IMG/VR virus record: IMGVR_UViG_2563366888_000019
Span: 1-40,901 of that record
Origin: a virus
Taxonomy: Duplodnaviria > Heunggongvirae > Uroviricota > Caudoviricetes
DNA length: 40,901 nucleotides
Reading direction: 5' to 3' (one strand)
Shown: positions 35,293 through 40,901 of the stretch, piece after piece
Layout: the number at the start of each line of letters is the position of its first letter
How positions within the stretch are numbered: the first letter of the stretch is position 1
Made by a program: the position numbers and the translations under genes
Notes under the pieces: generated by a model
What the model saw: the letters and a program-made list of their open reading frames with translations, nothing else
What the model was told of the DNA's origin: nothing
Databases searched by the model: none

Positions 35293-35318
35293 AAGCCGCC
35301 TTATGGCGGCTTTTTTAT
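35293..35318 (+). terminator. rho-independent terminator
   Basis: GCCGCC-TTAT-GGCGGC then T7. Confidence 0.7.
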
Positions 35319-35328
35319 TGCCTATTCT

Positions 35329-35345
35329 ATTACCTAACGGGTAAT
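35329..35345. promoter_or_regulatory. operator-like palindrome ATTACCTAACGGGTAAT (site 12, perfect half-sites)
   Basis: 19 bp upstream of -35 TTGACA. Confidence 0.6.
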
Positions 35346-35363
35346 TTTTTTAACTCATATCTA

Positions 35364-35392
35364 TTGACACCAAACCAGATACGCATAATTAT
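35364..35392 (+). promoter_or_regulatory. early-left promoter candidate
   Basis: -35 TTGACA at 35364-35369, AT-rich -10 region about 17 bp later, flanked by sites 12 and 13. Confidence 0.45.
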
Positions 35393-35407
35393 TACCTCAA
35401 CGGTAAC
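35391..35407. promoter_or_regulatory. operator-like palindrome ATTACCTCAACGGTAAC (site 13)
   Basis: overlaps -10/+1 of the early-left promoter; centre 62 bp from site 12. Confidence 0.6.
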
Positions 35408-35425
35408 AGACCGAGGTAACAAGTT

Positions 35426-35578
35426 ATGCAGTGGAAAATCATCAACGGTTGGTACTGCGTTACTGCATGCGGATTCATGAGCTGGAAGTTCCGCACCTTA
35501 CAGGAAGGCATTAAGTGGGCTTTCGTCAGCAAAGAAGCTCGCGATGTAGCCAACGATAACGAGATATGGGAGGGCTGA
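35426..35578 (+). CDS. small hypothetical protein (50 aa)
   Basis: GAGGT SD 8 nt upstream of ATG; first gene of plus-strand early operon. Confidence 0.4.
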   Translation: MQWKIINGWYCVTACGFMSWKFRTLQEGIKWAFVSKEARDVANDNEIWEG

Positions 35579-35580
35579 TA

Positions 35581-35880
35581 ATGAACGTTAATCAGCAGAA
35601 AAATCTTCAAAAAATCATGCTGGCATTCGACAAGGACTACCGCCTGTCAGAACAGCTATATGACCGACAAGTTGAACTGATTGAGAGCATCCGACTTCAT
35701 CAACTGTCCTCAACTTTTGACGTTGTAACAGGCAAAGGCGTTCGTCAGGAAGTACTGGAGGCTGCTAAAGACAGCCCTGAGTTCGAAGAACTGATGGATG
35801 CCTATCGGCGAGAGGCAATGGCAATTATCGCCCGCTGGGATCTGGCGGATCAGCTTGATGGACAGAGGGACGCGGCATGA
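35581..35880 (+). CDS. hypothetical early protein (99 aa)
   Basis: GGGAGGG SD; stop overlaps next start (ATGA). Confidence 0.5.
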   Translation: MNVNQQKNLQKIMLAFDKDYRLSEQLYDRQVELIESIRLHQLSSTFDVVTGKGVRQEVLEAAKDSPEFEELMDAYRREAMAIIARWDLADQLDGQRDAA

Positions 35881-36698
35881 AACCGGGAATTTATTTCGAC
35901 ATCAGCAACGAAGACTACCACGCCGGTGACGGCGTGAGTAAGTCGCAACTGGACATGGTTGCCAAGAATCCGGCGCTTCTTAAATGGGTCCAGGCAGCAC
36001 CAGAAGACGAAGAGAAAAAGTCTGCACTGGATATGGGAACCGCATTGCACTGTCTGCTTCTGGAGCCTGGAGAGTTCGACAAACGCTTCATTGTTTCACC
36101 GAAATTCGATCGTCGGACGAAACAAGGTAAAGCTGACGAAGAGGAATTTCTTCGTGATGTGGCGGATATGGGGATTACGGTACTTGATGCCGAGCAGTGG
36201 CGGAAACTGGAGCTGATGCGTGATAGCGCAATGGCTCACCCGGCGGCACGCTGGATGCTGGAAGCACCTGGTTACTGCGAAGCATCAATGTACTGGAACG
36301 ATGAAGAGACGGGGGAGTTGTGCCGAATTCGTCCAGACAAATGGCTGAACGAGCACAACGTGATCGTCGACGTGAAAAAGGTTGCAGATATGGACCGTTT
36401 TGCACGCCACATCGAGGAATTCCGCTACCACGTGCAGGACGCAATGTACCGCGAAGGCGCAATGAGGGTTACTGGTCAGCCGCATGGTTTTTTCTTTCTT
36501 GCCGTGAGCGAAAGCATTGATTGTGGTCGGTATCCGGTACGCGTGTTCGAGCTGGATGCGCCGGATGTCGATGCCGGGCACGCTCTGTTCCGCCGGGATC
36601 TGAATACCTATCACGAATGCCGCATAAATGATGAATGGGGCGGTGTGGAAATCATTAAACGCCCTGAGTGGGCACGCAAACAGGATATGTACATATGA
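35877..36698 (+). CDS. PD-(D/E)XK-type exonuclease, partner of annealing protein (273 aa)
   Basis: RPDKW...IVDVKKV resembles a PD...(D/E)xK nuclease core; immediately upstream of and overlapping Bet/RecT gene. Confidence 0.6.
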   Translation: MKPGIYFDISNEDYHAGDGVSKSQLDMVAKNPALLKWVQAAPEDEEKKSALDMGTALHCLLLEPGEFDKRFIVSPKFDRRTKQGKADEEEFLRDVADMGITVLDAEQWRKLELMRDSAMAHPAARWMLEAPGYCEASMYWNDEETGELCRIRPDKWLNEHNVIVDVKKVADMDRFARHIEEFRYHVQDAMYREGAMRVTGQPHGFFFLAVSESIDCGRYPVRVFELDAPDVDAGHALFRRDLNTYHECRINDEWGGVEIIKRPEWARKQDMYI

Positions 36699-37636
36699 GC
36701 AACGACATCGCAAACATCAACGCACCAGTAGACACAGCAATCGCTGGAACTGCTGCAACTATTTTCAGCCCAGACGGCTTGAACCAACTGATGAAATTCG
36801 CCGAGGTAATGGCGCAAAGCCGCGTAACGGTACCGGCGCACCTCGCCGGGAAACCAGCTGATTGCATGGCCGTGGCAATGCAGGCTGCGCAGTGGGGAAT
36901 GAACCCGTTTGCCGTGGCTCAGAAAACCCATGTTGTGAACGGCACGCTAGGTTATGAAGCCCAATTAGTAAACGCAGTTATCTCAACGATGTCGCCAACA
37001 AAAGATCGCATCAACTACGAGTGGTTCGGGCCGTGGGAACGCGTGATCGGTAAGTTTGTTGAGAAAACATCCAAAAACGGCAATCCATATATCGCACCAG
37101 GCTGGACTCTAAAAGACGAAGAAGGCTGCGGTGTTCGCGTATGGGCAACCATGAAGGGCGAGGATCAACCTCGAGTGCTTGAGTTAATGCTGTCTCAAGC
37201 ACAGGTAAGAAACTCCACACTTTGGGCCAGTGATCCGAAACAACAACTCGCATACCTTGCGACAAAACGCTGGTCTCGCTTGCACTGTCCTGACGTAATC
37301 ATGGGCGTCTACACACCAGACGAATTACAGGAAACGGCACCGCGCGTTGAGCGAGACATTACTCCGCAAACGACCACTGCTGCGGGAATGAACAGTCTGA
37401 TCAACGCTAAACCAGTGAAAAAGCCTGATGAGCAAACTCGTAAAGCGGATAGCCGTGATCCAGAAGAAATGCTGATGGCCTTTACCAGCGCAGCGATGAA
37501 TTACAGCACTGTCTCCGAACTGAATAAGGCTTACAAATACATTGCACAAAAACTTTCAGATGATGACGAACTGCTGGCAAAAGCCACCGACGTTTACAGC
37601 GTTCGTCGGGAAGAATTAAACGAAACATCTATGTAA
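36695..37636 (+). CDS. Bet/RecT-family single-strand annealing protein (313 aa)
   Basis: ERDITP segment and overall resemblance to lambda Bet as recalled; exo-SSAP gene pair. Confidence 0.7.
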   Translation: MSNDIANINAPVDTAIAGTAATIFSPDGLNQLMKFAEVMAQSRVTVPAHLAGKPADCMAVAMQAAQWGMNPFAVAQKTHVVNGTLGYEAQLVNAVISTMSPTKDRINYEWFGPWERVIGKFVEKTSKNGNPYIAPGWTLKDEEGCGVRVWATMKGEDQPRVLELMLSQAQVRNSTLWASDPKQQLAYLATKRWSRLHCPDVIMGVYTPDELQETAPRVERDITPQTTTAAGMNSLINAKPVKKPDEQTRKADSRDPEEMLMAFTSAAMNYSTVSELNKAYKYIAQKLSDDDELLAKATDVYSVRREELNETSM

Positions 37637-37644
37637 CCACCACC

Positions 37645-37663
37645 GCGGCGCCACACGCGCCGC
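37645..37663. other. GC-rich hairpin GCGGCGC-N5-GCGCCGC
   Basis: perfect 7-bp stem between RecT-like and AlpA-like genes; no T-run. Confidence 0.4.
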
Positions 37664-37685
37664 ACTGCAACCAAGAGAGGTATTT

Positions 37686-37934
37686 ATGAAAGGTGCATTA
37701 GGTAAGAAGGAACTCCTGGCGGTGGTGCCACTGTCATGGAGCACTATCGACCGTATGGAGCGCGCAGGGGAATTTCCTAAACGCTGGTATATCACTGACA
37801 AACGCTGCGCATGGAACCGTGACGAAGTTGAGCGTTGGCTTGATGAACGTCAGGCAGCAAGCCCGGCAGAGTTCCAGGGTAAAAAACCTCCTGTTCAGCA
37901 ACGTGTATATCGTCCCGTGAGCAACGCTGCATGA
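37686..37934 (+). CDS. AlpA-family DNA-binding protein (excisionase/regulator type) (82 aa)
   Basis: VPLSWSTIDRMERAGEFPKRW...WNRDEVERWL matches AlpA/Xis HTH pattern. Confidence 0.6.
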   Translation: MKGALGKKELLAVVPLSWSTIDRMERAGEFPKRWYITDKRCAWNRDEVERWLDERQAASPAEFQGKKPPVQQRVYRPVSNAA

Positions 37935-38091
37935 GTGCGCTGCTAAGGCACTGGAGCAAATGGTCAGGATGGTACTTATTCCTGGCCTCTGTTTCAGCAT
38001 GGCTTTATCTGCTGGCATTAATTTTCAGAGAGGGTTGGATTAAGTGAGAAAGTTAAGCCGACTTGAAAAATATCACATGAATAAGGTTTCA

Positions 38092-38343
38092 ATGCGCAGT
38101 CCGTCAAAGATTGTCGCCGTTACTCCTGCGGCGATAGAGATCGAAAAACGCGCGATTGAAAGAGAGAAAAAAGGGCAGTTCCGCATTGCCGCTCACCTTT
38201 GGCTTCAGTGTATGGATGTTGCTTCTGGTGATGTTGAACGTGCAAGGATCGCGGTTCGCAGGGACCAATGTATCACAAAAGGTAACGGCCTTCGCCGTGG
38301 CGACTATAGCGGCATAGGATGTTGTGGGGTGGTTTATGACTAA
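38092..38343 (+). CDS. PerC-family transcriptional regulator-like protein (83 aa, start uncertain)
   Basis: GQFRIAAHLWLQCMDV...RDQC resembles PerC pattern; AAGG SD before ATG 38092. Confidence 0.5.
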   Translation: MRSPSKIVAVTPAAIEIEKRAIEREKKGQFRIAAHLWLQCMDVASGDVERARIAVRRDQCITKGNGLRRGDYSGIGCCGVVYD

Positions 38344-38986
38344 GAAATACACACTAATCTATGCAGATCCACCCTGGGTATACCGTGACAAAGCCGCAGA
38401 TGGTAATCGCGGTGCCGGTTTTAAATATCCGGTTATGAGTGTGCTGGATATCTGCCGCCTTCCTGTGTGGGATTTGGCCGATGAAAACTGTCTGTTGGCC
38501 ATGTGGTGGGTGCCAACACAACCACTCGAAGCACTAAAAGTTGTTGAAGCCTGGGGATTCCGTCTGATGACCATGAAGGGCTTCACGTGGATAAAATGTG
38601 GTAGTCGACAACCAGATAAACTGGTTATGGGTATGGGACACATGACTCGCGCCAATAGTGAAGATTGCCTGTTTGCAGTAAAGGGAAAACTACCTCCACG
38701 CATTAATGCAGGGATCGTTCAGTCATTTACCGCACCGCGGCTTGAGCATTCAAGAAAACCAGATGTCGTTCGTGAAAAACTTGTGCAATTGTTAGGCGAT
38801 GTTTCTCGCATTGAACTGTTCGCCCGCCAGACGTCTCATGGCTTCGATGTTTGGGGTAATCAGTGCGAAGACCCGGCAGTGCAACTACACCCTGGATACG
38901 CGTTGGATATTGGCGGATTAACAAATGCATTCAGCAATGCTCCGCTGTCACCAACAGACAACCAGGGGCGGGAGCGTGCAGCATGA
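38336..38986 (+). CDS. MT-A70-family N6-adenine DNA methyltransferase (216 aa)
   Basis: DPPW motif in IYADPPWVY; ATGA overlap with next gene. Confidence 0.8.
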   Translation: MTKKYTLIYADPPWVYRDKAADGNRGAGFKYPVMSVLDICRLPVWDLADENCLLAMWWVPTQPLEALKVVEAWGFRLMTMKGFTWIKCGSRQPDKLVMGMGHMTRANSEDCLFAVKGKLPPRINAGIVQSFTAPRLEHSRKPDVVREKLVQLLGDVSRIELFARQTSHGFDVWGNQCEDPAVQLHPGYALDIGGLTNAFSNAPLSPTDNQGRERAA

Positions 38987-39642
38987 ACCTATATCAACGC
39001 ATCAATGGCGCTGACTGGTGCAATATCTTCGTCGTCGGCGATCTGCATGGGTGCTACACGCTGCTGATGAACGAACTCGACAAAGTTTCATTCGACCCGG
39101 CGCGCGATTTGCTTATTTCCGTTGGTGACCTTGTTGACCGCGGCGCTGAAAACGTCGAATGCCTGGATTTGATTACTATGCCGTGGTTCCGAGCTGTTCG
39201 TGGCAACCATGAGCAGATGATGCTGGATGCACTGGTCAACGGCGGAAGTTTCGGACATTGGATGTCAAACGGCGGTGGATGGTGGCACCAACTTGATTCT
39301 GAGCAGGATGTGCAACTCAAATACCTTCTGCCAAAGGTTACCAACCTCCCGATGATTATCGAACTGGTTACCGGCAATAAGAAGGTCGTCATCTGCCACG
39401 CAGACTACCCGCACAACGAATACGCATTCGATAAGCCAGTACCGGAAGAAATGGTGATATGGAATCGTGAGCGGGTTAGCGACGCGCAGGACGGTATTGT
39501 CTCGGAGATAACCGGTGCCGATTTGTTCATCTTCGGTCATACGCCAGCACATCACCCACTAGTGTATGCAAACCAGATGTACATCGACACCGGCGCAGTG
39601 TTCTGCGGAAATCTGACGCTTACCAAAGTCCAGGAAGGATAG
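38983..39642 (+). CDS. lambda-type Ser/Thr protein phosphatase (219 aa)
   Basis: metallophosphatase motifs GDLHG, GDLVDRG, RGNHE. Confidence 0.8.
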   Translation: MNLYQRINGADWCNIFVVGDLHGCYTLLMNELDKVSFDPARDLLISVGDLVDRGAENVECLDLITMPWFRAVRGNHEQMMLDALVNGGSFGHWMSNGGGWWHQLDSEQDVQLKYLLPKVTNLPMIIELVTGNKKVVICHADYPHNEYAFDKPVPEEMVIWNRERVSDAQDGIVSEITGADLFIFGHTPAHHPLVYANQMYIDTGAVFCGNLTLTKVQEG

Positions 39643-39644
39643 AA

Positions 39645-40901
39645 TTATTTATTACTGTCTTCCATCCACCTCTCAAACTTCGACGGGGAGAACGGAATCA
39701 GATCCGTATGCTCCCCATTAATCCAGGAATCAATCATATCGGCCCACTGCTGCAACATGTAGGCGCGCTGTCTGGCGTATTCCGCTTTGTTATATACGGC
39801 GCGCACACCTTTCTGCTCATGTGCCAGAGCCTTTTCAATCCAGTCTGAAGGATAACCAGCCTCATGCAACAACGTACTTGCTGTACGGCGCATATCGTGT
39901 ACGGTGAAGCCCTGAATATGCTCACCATCTTCATTTATTATTTTCACCGTTCTGTCGATCAGAGAGTTCAGCGCGGCATTAGATAATGGCTTCCGGAAAT
40001 TGTAACGACCAGGAACCAGATATTCACTTCCACCAGCGCACATCTGCAACCCGACCAATATATCCTGAGCCTGTTTAGGCAGGTAAATAACGTGCGCCCG
40101 GCTTCCCTTCATGCGGTCTGAAGGAATTGTCCATGTCCATTTTTTAAAATCTATTTCATCCCACGTTGCGTTGGTGAATTCGCCTTTACGAACCATAGTG
40201 ATAAGCACCAGCTTTAAAGCCATTTTCATAGTGCCCATAGCACCAATGGCATCCAGCGTGCGGAAGAACAGGCCAATTTCTTCTGGTGTCAGTGTTCGCT
40301 CTCGTGGTTTAAATATGGCGATAGACGAAGGTTTAATGTCAGCCGCAGGATTAAACAAACCATGACCACGGTCATTGGCGTGACGGTATACGCTGCTGAT
40401 GATCTCCCTGGCCTGTACTGCTGTTGCCCGACCACCGCGTTCGACAATCCGGTCACACAAATCACGAACCATCGATGTGGTAATTTCAGCCATCATTTTG
40501 TTGCCAAGAACCGGAAGTATGTCACGGTCGATCACCGCCTGCTTCATTGCGCGGGTACTGTCAGCCAGGATGACGTGTTTCATATAACTGTCGGTATGTA
40601 CCGCAAACGTCTCAGCACCACGAATCTTTTTGATACCGTCACGTTTAGCCGCAGCCGGTGACTGGCCTGCTTTAAGCAGCTTCTTTGCAGCAATCAGTTC
40701 TTCCCGCGCTTCTGCCAGGCTGATACCGTCACGCCCATACTGCCCGATTACCAGTGTTTCGCGGCGACCGTTGATACGGTAGTCATAGCGAAACGAGACC
40801 GTGCCTGACGTAAGTACAGCTACATACAGCCCGTCACGATCGGAGACCTTGTACAGTTTGTCCTGCGGCTTGAGGTTTTTTAATTTTGTATCGGTAAGCA
40901 C
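39645..40901 (-). CDS. int: tyrosine integrase, 5' end at or beyond window edge (at least 418 aa)
   Basis: C-terminal H-x-x-R (HDMRRTAST) and catalytic Tyr region (VRAVYNKAEY); first codon in window is GTG at the edge; convergent with phosphatase gene. Confidence 0.85.
   Translation of the reverse strand: MLTDTKLKNLKPQDKLYKVSDRDGLYVAVLTSGTVSFRYDYRINGRRETLVIGQYGRDGISLAEAREELIAAKKLLKAGQSPAAAKRDGIKKIRGAETFAVHTDSYMKHVILADSTRAMKQAVIDRDILPVLGNKMMAEITTSMVRDLCDRIVERGGRATAVQAREIISSVYRHANDRGHGLFNPAADIKPSSIAIFKPRERTLTPEEIGLFFRTLDAIGAMGTMKMALKLVLITMVRKGEFTNATWDEIDFKKWTWTIPSDRMKGSRAHVIYLPKQAQDILVGLQMCAGGSEYLVPGRYNFRKPLSNAALNSLIDRTVKIINEDGEHIQGFTVHDMRRTASTLLHEAGYPSDWIEKALAHEQKGVRAVYNKAEYARQRAYMLQQWADMIDSWINGEHTDLIPFSPSKFERWMEDSNK

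Larger units (their letters stand above)
1146..40901. mobile_element. integrated temperate phage (lambdoid early region plus T7-like podovirus virion module), continues past right window edge
   Basis: contiguous lysis, tail, head, terminase, replication, recombination and integrase genes; left junction placed between terminator at 1142 and Rz stop at 1289 by inference only. Confidence 0.8.

Overview
Nearly the whole window is one integrated temperate phage, running from about 1.15 kb to the right edge and continuing beyond it. To its left are two small secreted/lipoprotein genes and a terminator. The phage is a hybrid: a lambdoid-style early region on the right (Cro-like regulator, tandem-HTH repressor with no S24 peptidase domain, O-like initiator with internal iterons, P-like helicase loader, PD-(D/E)XK exonuclease plus Bet/RecT annealing protein, AlpA, PerC, MT-A70 methyltransferase, lambda-type Ser/Thr phosphatase, tyrosine integrase cut by the window edge) joined to a minus-strand late block whose gene order and sizes follow the T7-like podovirus pattern (TerS, TerL, portal, scaffold, capsid, gp11/gp12-like tail tube, internal/ejection proteins, tailspike with T7-type N-terminal adaptor), ending in a lysis cassette (two holin-like proteins, GH19 endolysin, Rz with embedded Rz1). 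The main non-coding findings are: 14 copies of a 17-bp palindrome (ATTACCT-N3-AGGTAAT) at the 5' end of essentially every transcription unit; a near-consensus LexA box in front of a small antirepressor-like gene; a phage-borne tRNA-Arg(UCU) inserted between terminase and portal; and a ~4.4 kb cargo island (5.8-10.2 kb) between tailspike and ejection-protein genes. That island carries an AT-rich two-gene module with a YafO-toxin-like second gene, a Bro-N protein, a Gly-rich hydrophobic peptide plus membrane-protein pair, and secreted proteins of unknown function; it is the best candidate for an undescribed system. All functional calls rest on motifs read by eye and on synteny; no database search was possible.
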